DNA of 64,000 bases from an uncultured Clostridia bacterium (GTDB lineage: Bacteria; Bacillota; Clostridia; TANB77; CAG-508): positions 8,182 to 72,181 of the forward strand of contig CALXRX010000005.1 in assembly GCA_944390975.1 (NCBI GenBank), written 5' to 3'. The notes under the pieces were generated by a model. It had not been told where the DNA came from. It searched no databases and saw nothing but the letters and a program-made list of their open reading frames with translations. How positions within the stretch are numbered: position 1 is the stretch's first letter; the number at the start of each line of letters is the position of its first letter. A program made the translations under genes and the position numbers. Of the stretch, positions 32,837-42,625 are shown one piece after another.

Positions 32837-34429
32837 ATGCTAAAACAAGAAAAGGGTTCAATAACATTGTTTGTTTTAATTGCTATGCTATTTTTTACAA
32901 TATTCTTAATTGGAATGTATATATTAAGTACAAATAGTGAAAGTATCCAAATAGAAGAAATGGCAAAAATAAAAGAGATATATGAAGAAGGAGCTAATAA
33001 TGTAGATGATGTATATGCTACAGTAGAGAATAAAGAAATAAAAGAAATAGCACTAGATGGAAGTTGGAGTAGTGCAAATAAAGTAAACAAGCCAAATTTA
33101 GAAAATACAGGATTACAACCAATAGTAATAAATAGTAATGGAACAACATCTACACCAGATACAACAAAAGAAAACTGGTACAGTTATGATGGAGTAGAAA
33201 ATAAATGGGCAAATGCACAAACAGCAGATGGAAGCATGTGGGTATGGATACCAAGATACGCATACAAAATAACATATAATGATGCAAGTGATAAATCACA
33301 AGGAGGAACAATAGATGTAGTATTCTTGCAAGGAACAAGTAACTTAGATAAAAATGGAAAAGATGTAACTCAAGAAAATTATGTAGATGAAAAAGGGAAC
33401 ACAGGAGCATATATAGTACATCCAGCATTCGAAGATGGAAGTAGCAATGGATACCCAAATGGAGAATGGAATAAAAAGATAGAAGGAATATGGGTAGCAA
33501 AATTTGAAGCAGGATATCAAGATGCAGATAAAGCAGTAAACTCAAATGTAGGATATAGTGTAACAGATGGTTATGATGGAACTACAGCAGGAGATATAAA
33601 AAATAATTACTATGAAGAAATACAACAAGGAACAAAAATAAAATTTCCAACATTTATAGCAAACAAACCAAGTATAAATTATATTGGGGTAAATGACAGC
33701 TATGATTTATGTAAGGATTTAACAAGTACAAATGCCCCATACAAATTAAATGGAAATAAAGTAGATAGTCATTTAACAAAAAATAGTGAATGGGGAGCAG
33801 TAGCATATTTAACACACAGTAAATATGGAAGAAACGGACAAGAAGTAACAATAAATAATGTATCTGTAAATGGAGAAAATACAGTATATGCAGTAACAGG
33901 GTATGCAGGAGAAAGTGTTAGTGCAAATCCAGTAACAACGAATTTGACAGCTATAAAAAATAACGAAGTAGCAGGAAGTTGGACAACTGAACAAGGACAA
34001 AAAGCAAGTAGTACAGGAAACATATATGGAATATATGACTTAAGTGGAGGACTATGGGAATGGACAGCAGGATATATAGCGCCAGAAACAGGAAACTATC
34101 AAACATATGGAGGAAGCTTAAAAGGAGAAAGTAATCAGTATAAAAGTAAATATGCAGGTGTATCTGACAAAGATTTAGACAATTACAATGAAACAGCAAA
34201 TGCTAGTAGAGTTGGAGAAGCTATATGGGAAACTTCAGCAAGTGGAACATATCCAGGGAAAAGTGCATGGAATAGCGATTACTCATATTTTGTTTCTCTT
34301 TCAGGAGTATTTACTGAACGTGGAGGTGGATGGGGTAGTACAACTATTGCCGGTGTTTTTGCATTCACTCGCAATGAGGGTTTTGGTAATTATAATGTCG
34401 GTTTCCGTCCAGTGTTAATAGTTGAGTAG
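32837..34429 (+). CDS. paralog 1: pilin-like N-terminal anchor plus FGE-sulfatase (C-type-lectin fold) domain protein with hypervariable C-terminus
   Basis: N-terminus MLKQEKG-SITLFVLIAMLFF. SUMF1/FGE-family motifs HLTKNSEWGAVAYL, NIYGIYDLSGGLWEWTAGY, RGGGW and GFRPVLIV. The last ~120 nt are A-poor and GC-rich. Confidence 0.7.
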   Translation: MLKQEKGSITLFVLIAMLFFTIFLIGMYILSTNSESIQIEEMAKIKEIYEEGANNVDDVYATVENKEIKEIALDGSWSSANKVNKPNLENTGLQPIVINSNGTTSTPDTTKENWYSYDGVENKWANAQTADGSMWVWIPRYAYKITYNDASDKSQGGTIDVVFLQGTSNLDKNGKDVTQENYVDEKGNTGAYIVHPAFEDGSSNGYPNGEWNKKIEGIWVAKFEAGYQDADKAVNSNVGYSVTDGYDGTTAGDIKNNYYEEIQQGTKIKFPTFIANKPSINYIGVNDSYDLCKDLTSTNAPYKLNGNKVDSHLTKNSEWGAVAYLTHSKYGRNGQEVTINNVSVNGENTVYAVTGYAGESVSANPVTTNLTAIKNNEVAGSWTTEQGQKASSTGNIYGIYDLSGGLWEWTAGYIAPETGNYQTYGGSLKGESNQYKSKYAGVSDKDLDNYNETANASRVGEAIWETSASGTYPGKSAWNSDYSYFVSLSGVFTERGGGWGSTTIAGVFAFTRNEGFGNYNVGFRPVLIVE

Positions 34430-34455
34430 CACTTCAAAAATATATAGATTATATT

Positions 34456-34509
34456 AAAACTAGTAAAAAAGTCTCAGATTAAAATCAGACTTTTTGTACT
34501 AGTTTTTTC
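34456..34509 (+). terminator. long-stem Rho-independent terminator (3' flank type a)
   Basis: aaaactagtaaaaaagtctcagatt pairs with aatcagactttttgtactagtttt, followed by a T-run. The same flank follows paralog 3. Confidence 0.6.
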
Positions 34510-34870
34510 TATGGAAAAAATAAATAAAAAGCTTGACAAAGTAATATAAGTAAATATAAAATTGTATCATAAAACGGGAAAAAGAGTTTAACAGAATTTA
34601 AACTTAAATTTATCAAAAAACTTGTTCAAGCTAATTTACAAAGATATTCTAAAATAATTTTATGGCACCCTTCCATTTAAAATGAACACTTTCCATAAAA
34701 TTATTTAAGAATATCTAAAGCAAATTACTTTCAATGCGTTTTTTTCAAATTTGAAGTTTTAAATTCTGTTAAATAAAATTTCTAGTAGGCAAGCAAATGA
34801 AGCTAAAATGTATAAAAAAAAGTTAAAAGTAAAAAATAAAATCACAAAAGAGAATGAGGAGGAAAGGTCA

Positions 34871-35909
34871 AGTGATAAGGAAAAAGGAGAAAAGCAGTAA
34901 AAATAATTTAAAATCAAAAAACGAGATAGGAATCACATTAATAGCTTTAATAATAACAATAATCATCTTGTTAATACTTGCAGGAGTGACAATAAACTTA
35001 ACATTAGGAGAAAATGGGATATTTAGAACAGCAGAGATGGCAGGAAAGAACTATATGGAGGCACAAGAAAGAGAGTTAGCAGGACTAGCAGACTTTGAAA
35101 AAGCAATAAATAATATAATAGGAGGAACAGGAAGTAGCAGTGACACAGATACACCTGTTATAAATTATGACACATTAAAAAGTGTAGCAGATCCAGGAGA
35201 TTATGTAAAATATGATACAGGGATAACATCAGTTGGAAATAATGGAATAGTAACATTTAGGGTATTGTATAATGATGATACATATGGATTGCAAATAATA
35301 TCAGATAAAAATCTAGAGGAAATAAATTTTGGAATAACTAAATCTAATGATTTGGCCACATGGGAATTAGTAATGAATGATTATAACAATGCAATAACTA
35401 CATTAAATGAAAAAGCGGAGTATTATATAACAAATAGTCCATATGCACTAGATGGAAGATGTGTGGGAAGTGTAGCAACAATAGGAGCAGATGGAAAATT
35501 TAATGAAAAGAATACAGAAGTAGAAGGAACATATAATATACCAGATTCATGGACATTACCAAGTGGATGGAGTAGTAGAGATACAGGATGTAAAAAAGTG
35601 ACTGATGAAAATTATATAACAGACCAAATGACTATGGAAGCATTAGGACTATGGAGAACAGATGAAAACTATTGGCTAGCATCCCACCATGTAAATTTGG
35701 ATACAGACGATTTGACTTTTTTTGTGAATGGTGTTGATAGCAGTGGGAACGTTTTCTTAGCTCACATGTGTGGTGCCTATCCAAGTGGTAGCACAGTTAC
35801 TGGCTCTTATAAATTTGGGCTTCGTCCTTGTATATCTTTAAAATTTGATGTCAAGGTAATAGCAGGAGATGGAAAAACAGAAGCTACTGCATATGAGTTA
35901 GGAATATAA
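34871..35909 (+). CDS. pilin-like N-terminus protein with globular C-terminal domain (putative modular minor pilin)
   Basis: Likely GTG start at 34871 after a GAGGAGG RBS; the ORF-track ATG is 34854. EIG-ITLIALIITIIILLILAGVTINLTLGENGIF is near-identical to the pilin of 262..489. The C-terminus ...GSYKFGLRPCISL is NNY-codon rich. Confidence 0.5.
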
Positions 35910-35917
35910 GGCTTGAT

Positions 35918-36085
35918 ACTCTAAAATATATATTTCTCAAATTTTTATACAAAAACCTTGGTGTCGCAACCTACAAAGTAAGAAAACAAGACGTAGGTTG
36001 CTCCAAGTCGCACTCGCTTCAAAAGAAGCGAGTTTGGTCGCTTACGCGGTTTTTATAAAAATTTTCTAAATATATATTTTAGAGT
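35918..36085. other. about 168-bp element: ~38-bp AT-rich inverted-repeat arms enclosing a 90-nt GC-rich multi-hairpin core
   Basis: Arms are actctaaaatatatattt...aaaaacc and ggttttt...aaatatatattttagagt. The core has hairpins gcaacctac/gtaggttgc and actcgcttc/gaagcgagt, and a thrice-repeated gtcgc. Confidence 0.5.
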
Positions 36086-36123
36086 GAGGGGAGTAAAAAG
36101 AGTATGTAAAATCTTTAAAAAGC

Positions 36124-36175
36124 TAGTCAAAAGTTTTGTAAGTAAAAGCAGAGTAAACTTGACTAGTTTTTTTGC
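36124..36175 (+). terminator. Rho-independent terminator
   Basis: gctagtcaaaagtt...aaacttgactagt hairpin followed by T7. Confidence 0.55.
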
Positions 36176-36276
36176 GTTATTAGATTATCTATGAAGTAAT
36201 TTATAGGAGTATACGTTGTTTAAGAAAAAAGCAAAATATTATGCAAACAAATGATAAATAAAAAGTAGAAAATTAC

Positions 36277-36305
36277 TTGAAAGAGAGATAAAAAAGAGAT
36301 ATATA
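36277..36305 (+). promoter_or_regulatory. putative sigma-A promoter (TTGAAA, 17 nt spacer, TATATA) in the conserved ~150-bp module upstream of paralogs 2, 3 and 4
   Basis: The same module is present upstream of the ATGs at 39095 and 43021. Confidence 0.4.
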
Positions 36306-36350
36306 AGTACTTGAAAATGAAAATTAATATAATAAAATACGGAGGAAAAA

Positions 36351-37955
36351 ATGTTAAAACAAGAGAGAGGCTCAATAACATTGTTTGTATTAATAGCAAT
36401 GCTATTTTTTACAATATATCTAATTGGAATGTATATATTAAGCACAAATAGTGAAAGTAGCCAAATAGAAGAAATGGCAAAAATAAAAGAAATCTATGAA
36501 GAAGGAGTAAACAATATAGATGATGTATATACTACATTAGAAAAAAGAGAAATGGAAAATAATGAGAAAGATATTGCACTAGATGGAAGTTGGAGTAGCA
36601 CAAATAAAGTAAACAAGCCAAATTTAGAAAATACAGGATTACAAGCAATAGTAATAAATGCTGATGGAACAACATCTACACCAGATAGTAAAAAAGAAAA
36701 TTGGTACAGTTATGATGGAGTAGAAAATAAGTGGGCAAACGCACAAACAGTAGATGGAAGTATGTGGGTATGGATACCAAGATATGCATATAAAATAACA
36801 TACAATGATGGAAGTGATAAATCACAAGGAGGAACAATAGATGTAGTCTTTTTGCAAGGAACAAGTAACTTAGATAAAGATGGAAAAGATGTAACCCAAG
36901 CAAGTTATTTAGATGAAAAAGGACAAACAGGAGCATATATAGTACATCCTGCATTTGAAGATGGAAGTAGCACAGGGTATGCAAATGGTGAGTGGAGAAA
37001 AAAGATAGAAGGAATATGGGTAGCAAAATTTGAAGCAGGATATCAAGATGCAGATAAAGCAGTAAATTCTAATGTGGGATACACTACTATATATAGTTAT
37101 GAAATAGATGGAACAGAAGCAGATAGAACAACATATTATTATGGAGAAAGGGTAGTAGGAACAAAGATAAAATATCCAACATTTACAGCAAATAAACCAA
37201 GTATAAGCTATATAGGAATAAGTGATAGTTATGATTTATGTAGAGATTTAACAAGTATGAATGCTCCATATAAATTAAATGGAAACAAAGTAGATAGTCA
37301 CTTAACAAAAAATAGTGAATGGGGAGCAGTAGCATATTTAACACACAGTAAATATGGAAGAGGAGGACAAGAAGTAACAATCAATAATATAACAGTAAAT
37401 GGAGAAAATACAGCATATGCGGTAACAGGATATGCAGGAGAAAGCGTTAGTGCAAGCCAACTAGTAACAAATTTAACAGCAATAAATAATAATCAAGTAG
37501 AAGGAAGTTGGACAACTGCACAAGGACAAAAAGCAAGTACTACAGGAAATATATATGGAATATATGATTTAAGCGGAGGACTATGGGAATTCACAGCAGG
37601 ATATATAGCACCAGAAACAGGGAACTATCAAACATATGGAGGAAGTCTAAAAGGAGAAAGTAACGAATACAAAAGTAAATATGCTGGGGTATCAGAAACA
37701 GCTGAAACAAACTACAACGAAATAGTCAATAAAGGAAGAATTGGAGAGGCAATATGGGAGACATCAGATAGTGGAAGCACTGTTAATGGTGCATGGAATA
37801 GCGACTATAGTGCTTTTGTACGTTCTATAGCACCATTTACAGTCCGTGGAAGTAATTGGAGTTTCGATTCTAAAGCCGGACTCTTTGCGTTCGACCGTAC
37901 TTATGGTTTTTGCCGTTTCCAGGTTGGTTTCCGTCCAGTGCTTATAATTGAGTAG
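36351..37955 (+). CDS. paralog 2: pilin-like N-terminus plus FGE-sulfatase/CLec-fold protein with hypervariable C-terminus
   Basis: About 85% identical to paralog 1 over the first ~480 aa. The first ~45 codons are identical. C-terminus ...VRGSNWSFDSKAGLFAFDRTYGFCRFQVGFRPVLIIE. Confidence 0.7.
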   Translation: MLKQERGSITLFVLIAMLFFTIYLIGMYILSTNSESSQIEEMAKIKEIYEEGVNNIDDVYTTLEKREMENNEKDIALDGSWSSTNKVNKPNLENTGLQAIVINADGTTSTPDSKKENWYSYDGVENKWANAQTVDGSMWVWIPRYAYKITYNDGSDKSQGGTIDVVFLQGTSNLDKDGKDVTQASYLDEKGQTGAYIVHPAFEDGSSTGYANGEWRKKIEGIWVAKFEAGYQDADKAVNSNVGYTTIYSYEIDGTEADRTTYYYGERVVGTKIKYPTFTANKPSISYIGISDSYDLCRDLTSMNAPYKLNGNKVDSHLTKNSEWGAVAYLTHSKYGRGGQEVTINNITVNGENTAYAVTGYAGESVSASQLVTNLTAINNNQVEGSWTTAQGQKASTTGNIYGIYDLSGGLWEFTAGYIAPETGNYQTYGGSLKGESNEYKSKYAGVSETAETNYNEIVNKGRIGEAIWETSDSGSTVNGAWNSDYSAFVRSIAPFTVRGSNWSFDSKAGLFAFDRTYGFCRFQVGFRPVLIIE

Positions 37956-37969
37956 AGAAATTTTATATA

Positions 37970-38008
37970 AATGGTAATATTGAGAAGAAGTGATATTACC
38001 ATTTTTTG
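37970..38008 (+). terminator. Rho-independent terminator (3' flank type b)
   Basis: aatggtaatat / atattaccatt stem followed by T6. The same flank follows paralog 4. Confidence 0.6.
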
Positions 38009-38159
38009 GTAAAATAAATTCATAATAGTGTAGTTTGGCAATGTTGACTTCACTTTACACTTCAATATTATATAGGAATAATAATTAATATATAAATAAT
38101 ATAAAATGAATATATCTCAATATATTAGATATATTATTTATAATAAATGTTTTATAGTG

Positions 38160-38188
38160 TTGACGTACGTATAAGCGTATGCTATAAT
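38160..38188 (+). promoter_or_regulatory. promoter of the toxin-antitoxin operon (TTGACG, 17 nt spacer, TATAAT) with cgtata direct repeats in the spacer
   Basis: Consensus hexamers. The repeats cgtata and gcgtat lie inside the spacer and are a likely antitoxin operator. Confidence 0.5.
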
Positions 38189-38210
38189 ATATAGAAGGAG
38201 TGAATAAGAA

Positions 38211-38459
38211 ATGACTAATACTAATATAACTAATTTTAGAAAGAATATATATAACCTATTAGAAAAGACAATCAAATACAATGAGCCAATTAATATTTCA
38301 ACGAAAAATGGCAATGCTGTTATTATATCCGAAGAAGATTATAACAGCATAATAGAAACATTGTATATATGCTCAATACCTAAATTAAAAGAAGATATAC
38401 AAAAAGGATTAAAGGAAAATATTGAGAACTGTGTACCAGAAGATGAGGTGGAATGGTAA
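38211..38459 (+). CDS. yefM: Phd/YefM-family antitoxin
   Basis: 82 aa, with the FRKNIYNLLEK...PINISTKNGNAVIISEEDYNSIIETLY pattern of YefM. Confidence 0.75.
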   Translation: MTNTNITNFRKNIYNLLEKTIKYNEPINISTKNGNAVIISEEDYNSIIETLYICSIPKLKEDIQKGLKENIENCVPEDEVEW

Positions 38460-38462
38460 ACA

Positions 38463-38729
38463 ATGTATAATATAGTATATATAAAACAAGTAATAAAAGA
38501 TATACCAAAACTAAAAGCTATTGGATTAAGTAATAAAGCTAAAAATTTAATAGATATTATAAAGTCAAATCCGTATCAAAATCCACCACCTTATGAAAAA
38601 CTTATTGGAGATTTACAAGGTGCATATTCAAGAAGAATTAACATACAGCATAGATTAGTGTATCAAGTTTTAGAAGAAAAAAAAACAATAAAAATATTAA
38701 GTATATGGTCACATTATGAAAATGTATAA
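38463..38729 (+). CDS. yoeB: YoeB/Txe-family toxin (ribosome-dependent mRNA interferase)
   Basis: 88 aa. Begins 4 nt after the yefM stop. Conserved ...RRINIQHRLVYQV...IKILSIWSHYE. Confidence 0.75.
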   Translation: MYNIVYIKQVIKDIPKLKAIGLSNKAKNLIDIIKSNPYQNPPPYEKLIGDLQGAYSRRINIQHRLVYQVLEEKKTIKILSIWSHYENV

Positions 38730-39094
38730 AGATAAATATACTTTTATTGTTTATCATAATATAAAATTATAGAAAAAATGAAAAGTTAATGGACAACCAA
38801 TAGTTACAAATATAAAAGAGTTAAAAAAGTTTGTGCAATATAAGGAATTAGAACAAACAAAAATGGCTATTGGAAGATATAATAGATGTTACAATAAACT
38901 TTGCGATAAAAAAGCGTTGAATTTAGAAATAAGTTCAAAGCTTTTTTATATTCTAAATTTGATTTTTAAATAAGAGATAATATTATGCAAACAAGTGATA
39001 AATAAAAATTAGAAAATTACTTGAAAGAGAGAGAAAAAAGAGATATATAAGTACTTGAAAATAAAAATTAATATAACAAAGTACGGAGGAAAAA

Positions 39095-40696
39095 ATGTTA
39101 AAACAAGAGAAAGGATCAATAACATTGTTTGTATTAATAGCAATGCTATTTTTTACAATATATTTAATAGGAATGTATATATTAAGCACAAATAGTGAAA
39201 GTAGCCAAATAGAAGAAATGGCAAAAATAAAAGAAATCTATGAAGAAGGAGTAAACAATATAGAAGATATATATGCCACATTAGAAAAAAGAGAAATGGA
39301 AAATAATGAAAAAGAAATAGCACTAGATGGAAGTTGGAGTAGCACAAATAAAGTAAACAAGCCAAATTTAGAAAACACAGGATTGCAACCAGTTATAATA
39401 AATGCAGATGGGACAACTGCTAAACCAGATAGTAAAACAGAAAATTGGTATAGCTATGATGGAGTAGAAAATAAGTGGGCAAACGCACAAACAGCAGATG
39501 GAAGTATATGGGTGTGGATACCAAGATACGCATATAAAATAACATACAACGACTCAAGTGATAAATCACAAGGAGGAACAATAGACGTAGTATTTTTACA
39601 AGGAACAACTAACTTAGATAAAAATGGAAAAGATGTAACACAAGCAAGTTATGTAGATGAAAAAGGAGTAACAGGAGCATATATAGTACACCCAGCATTT
39701 GAAGATGGAAGCAGCACAGGGTATGCAAATGGAGAGTGGAGAAAAAAGATAGAAGGAATATGGGTAGCAAAATTTGAGGCAGGATACCAAGATGTAGATA
39801 AAGCAGTAGATTCAAATGTGGGATATAGTACAATATATAGTTGGGAAATAAACAAAACATCAGCAGATAGAACAACATACTATTATGGAAAAAGAACAGT
39901 AGGAACAAAAATAAAATATCCAACATTTACAGCAAACAAACCAAGTATAAATTATATAGGAATAAGCGATAGTTATGATTTATGTATGGATTTAACAAGT
40001 ACAAATGCCCCATATGGATTAAATGCAGCCAAAGTAGATAGTCATTTAACAAAAAATAGTGAATGGGGAGCAGTAGCATATTTAACACACAGTAAATATG
40101 GAAGAAACGGAAAGGAAATAACAATAAACAATATAACAGTAGATGGAGACAGTACAGCTTATGCAGTAACAGGATATGGAGGAGAAAGTGTTAGTGCAAG
40201 CCAACTAGTAACAAATTTAACAGCAATAAATAATAACCAAGTAGCAGGAAGTTGGACAAGTTCACAGGGACAAAAAGCAAGCAGTACAGGAAATGTATAT
40301 GGAATATATGACTTGAGCGGAGGATTATGGGAATTCACAGCAGGATATATAGTACTAGATTCAGGCAACTATCAAACATATGGAGGAAGTCTAAAAGGAG
40401 AAAGTAATCAATATAAAAGTAAATATGTAGGTATAGCTGAAACATATGAAATAAATTATTCTAATGAAGGAAATGTAAATAGAAAAGGAGAGGCAATATG
40501 GGAGACATCAGATAGTGGTGAGGGAACAACTTCATGGAATAACGACCACTCCTTTTTTGTGTATTCTTCGGAACCTTTCCTTGCTCGTGGAGGTAGATGG
40601 AGTTACACGTCTGATGCTGGTGTGTTTGGATTCAGTTGCAGTTACGGTTACGGCAATTGCAGTATTGGTTTCCGTTCAGTGCTTATAGTTGAGTAG
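39095..40696 (+). CDS. paralog 3: pilin-like N-terminus plus FGE-sulfatase/CLec-fold protein with hypervariable C-terminus
   Basis: Same architecture as paralogs 1 and 2. C-terminus ...ARGGRWSYTSDAGVFGFSCSYGYGNCSIGFRSVLIVE. Confidence 0.7.
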   Translation: MLKQEKGSITLFVLIAMLFFTIYLIGMYILSTNSESSQIEEMAKIKEIYEEGVNNIEDIYATLEKREMENNEKEIALDGSWSSTNKVNKPNLENTGLQPVIINADGTTAKPDSKTENWYSYDGVENKWANAQTADGSIWVWIPRYAYKITYNDSSDKSQGGTIDVVFLQGTTNLDKNGKDVTQASYVDEKGVTGAYIVHPAFEDGSSTGYANGEWRKKIEGIWVAKFEAGYQDVDKAVDSNVGYSTIYSWEINKTSADRTTYYYGKRTVGTKIKYPTFTANKPSINYIGISDSYDLCMDLTSTNAPYGLNAAKVDSHLTKNSEWGAVAYLTHSKYGRNGKEITINNITVDGDSTAYAVTGYGGESVSASQLVTNLTAINNNQVAGSWTSSQGQKASSTGNVYGIYDLSGGLWEFTAGYIVLDSGNYQTYGGSLKGESNQYKSKYVGIAETYEINYSNEGNVNRKGEAIWETSDSGEGTTSWNNDHSFFVYSSEPFLARGGRWSYTSDAGVFGFSCSYGYGNCSIGFRSVLIVE

Positions 40697-40725
40697 AAGT
40701 TTAAAAAATATGTAGATTGTATAAT

Positions 40726-40778
40726 AAAACTAGTAAAAAAGTTTCAAAGTTAAATCAGACTTTTGTACTAGTTTTTTC
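40726..40778 (+). terminator. Rho-independent terminator (3' flank type a, copy 2)
   Basis: Near-identical to the element at 34456..34509. Confidence 0.55.
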
Positions 40779-40925
40779 TGTGGTAAAAATAAATAAAATA
40801 CTTGACAAGTAATATAAGTAAATATAAAATTGTATCATAAAATGGAAAGAGGTTGTTTAACAGAATTTAAACTTAAATTTATAAAAAAGTAATTCAATCT
40901 AATTTATTAAAATATTAAAAAAGCA

Positions 40926-40965
40926 AAGGAATAACATTAATAGTTCTAATAATAACAATATTGTT
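40926..40965 (+). pseudogene. remnant of a second copy of the 34871..35909 pilin-like gene (about 230-bp deletion removed RBS, start and leader)
   Basis: 40780-40925 matches 34510-34650. Then ggaataacattaatagttctaataataacaatat matches codons ~20-32 of the intact gene. It diverges afterwards. Confidence 0.45.
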
Positions 40966-41288
40966 CTCTTATACGAAATGATAAAATTCAGCAATAACAA
41001 AGGTTTCCTCCTACAAACAATTTAGTAATTTATAAATTTTCACATATTTAGAAGATGAATTGTAATAAATAAATACAAGTTCATCTTTTTTGAATTTATA
41101 AAAATAGTTAAAAATGAAAAATTGATAGATATAAAATTCAAAGGTAACAAATTCGATACCTTTGGAATGTAAAAATGTCTTTTTTTAGATTTTTAATGAA
41201 AAAAATAAAAACAGATGATATAATGTCAATTAATAGAAAAGATGAATTGTGCAGACGGCATTTGCACAATTAGAAAGAAGGTACATAT

Positions 41289-42179
41289 ATGAGTATGGAT
41301 ATGATAAAAACAGAGATATATGTTGAAAAAAATAAAGTCAGTGTAATTAGAATAAATAATAAGGAATACATATCATTAACAGATTTAGCAAGATATGCAA
41401 ATCCAGAAGAACCCAAAATACCAGTACAAGCTTGGATGAGAAATAAAGATGTAATTTCATATTTGGGATTATGGGAAAAGCTTAATAATGAAAATTTCAA
41501 AGGTCACGAATTCGAGACCTTTGAGAATGAAGCAGGTAAACATAGCTTTTATATGTCACCGCAAAAATGGATAAAGGAAACAAATGCTATTGGTATTATA
41601 TCAAAGTCTGGAAACAATGGAGGGACATTTGCACATAGTGATATAGCATTTGAATTTGCAAGTTGGTTATCTCCAGAATTTAAGTTATATTTAATTCAAG
41701 AATTTGAAAGGCTAAAAAAGAATGAATCATATCAATATAAAATTGAATGGCAAGCTAATAGAGTATTATCAAAGGTAAATTATTTAGTACATACTGATGC
41801 CGTAAAAATGAACATAGTTCCAGTTTTAACAGAAGAACAAAAGAGATATGTTTATGCTGAAGAAGCAGATGTATTGAATGTTGCATTATTTGGAATGACA
41901 GCTAAACAGTGGAGAACACAAAATCCAGATTTAGTAGAAAAAGGTAATATGAGAGACTATACTGGTTTACTTCATTTGGTTATTTTGAGTAATTTAGAGA
42001 ATACAAATGCAGAATTAATAAATGCAGGAGTACCACAAAGTGAAAGATTAATAAAATTAAATGATTCAGCAAGAAGGCAAATGAGAGTATTAGAAAACAA
42101 CAAAGGAATAAAAGAATTAGAAAATTTACAAGATGAAATAAATGAAATCAATATTTTGAAGATAAAAGATAAAAATTAG
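41289..42179 (+). CDS. KilA-N domain protein (phage/plasmid-associated DNA-binding domain)
   Basis: 296 aa. The N-terminal 110 aa carry a KilA-N/APSES-like pattern (ISLTDLARYAN...WMRNKDVISYLGLWE). The C-terminus is coiled-coil. Confidence 0.55.
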   Translation: MSMDMIKTEIYVEKNKVSVIRINNKEYISLTDLARYANPEEPKIPVQAWMRNKDVISYLGLWEKLNNENFKGHEFETFENEAGKHSFYMSPQKWIKETNAIGIISKSGNNGGTFAHSDIAFEFASWLSPEFKLYLIQEFERLKKNESYQYKIEWQANRVLSKVNYLVHTDAVKMNIVPVLTEEQKRYVYAEEADVLNVALFGMTAKQWRTQNPDLVEKGNMRDYTGLLHLVILSNLENTNAELINAGVPQSERLIKLNDSARRQMRVLENNKGIKELENLQDEINEINILKIKDKN

Positions 42180-42625
42180 AACTTTTGAATCGTCCAGACG
42201 TCTGAACAATTTAAAAATGAAAATCGTTTTAGATTAAATTTCTAAAGCGATTTTTATGGAAATTTTTTATCTACATTTTGAAGATATAAAGTTATATAAA
42301 AAACAAATAAAAATGGCTAGAAATTAAAAATAAGTCGAATAAAGAGAATAATGAAAACAAAGAATAGCAAAATTATATGCAAATGAAATACTCTAAGATA
42401 AGACACATGATTTGCATATAAGAAACCAGCTACTAGAGTAGATAAACTACTTGGGTAGCTGATTTTTTAGTTAAAGTTGAGAATAGCAATTTTAACTAAA
42501 ACATAAAAAATATAAAAATATTTTTTATGCAAAGGGGTGTGGGGAAAAATAAATTTTTCCCTGCCACATTAACACTTTTTAGTGATAGCGTTAAAAAGTG
42601 TTGTAGTGTGTTTACTGCACATTTG

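Noticed and set aside
32837-34429. Annotating the paralogs as true formylglycine-generating enzymes (sulfatase-modifying factors)
   Set aside because: The fold-level motifs are present, but the proteins are anchored by a pilin-like helix and are multi-copy. The C-terminal segment that would carry the FGE catalytic cysteines is hypervariable between copies. A ligand-binding CLec-fold module is more consistent.
34642-34716. Interpreting the 24-bp inverted repeats as an invertible promoter switch
   Set aside because: Only 27 bp lie between the repeats, which is too short to carry a promoter. No recombinase gene is adjacent. An operator or RNA stem is more plausible.
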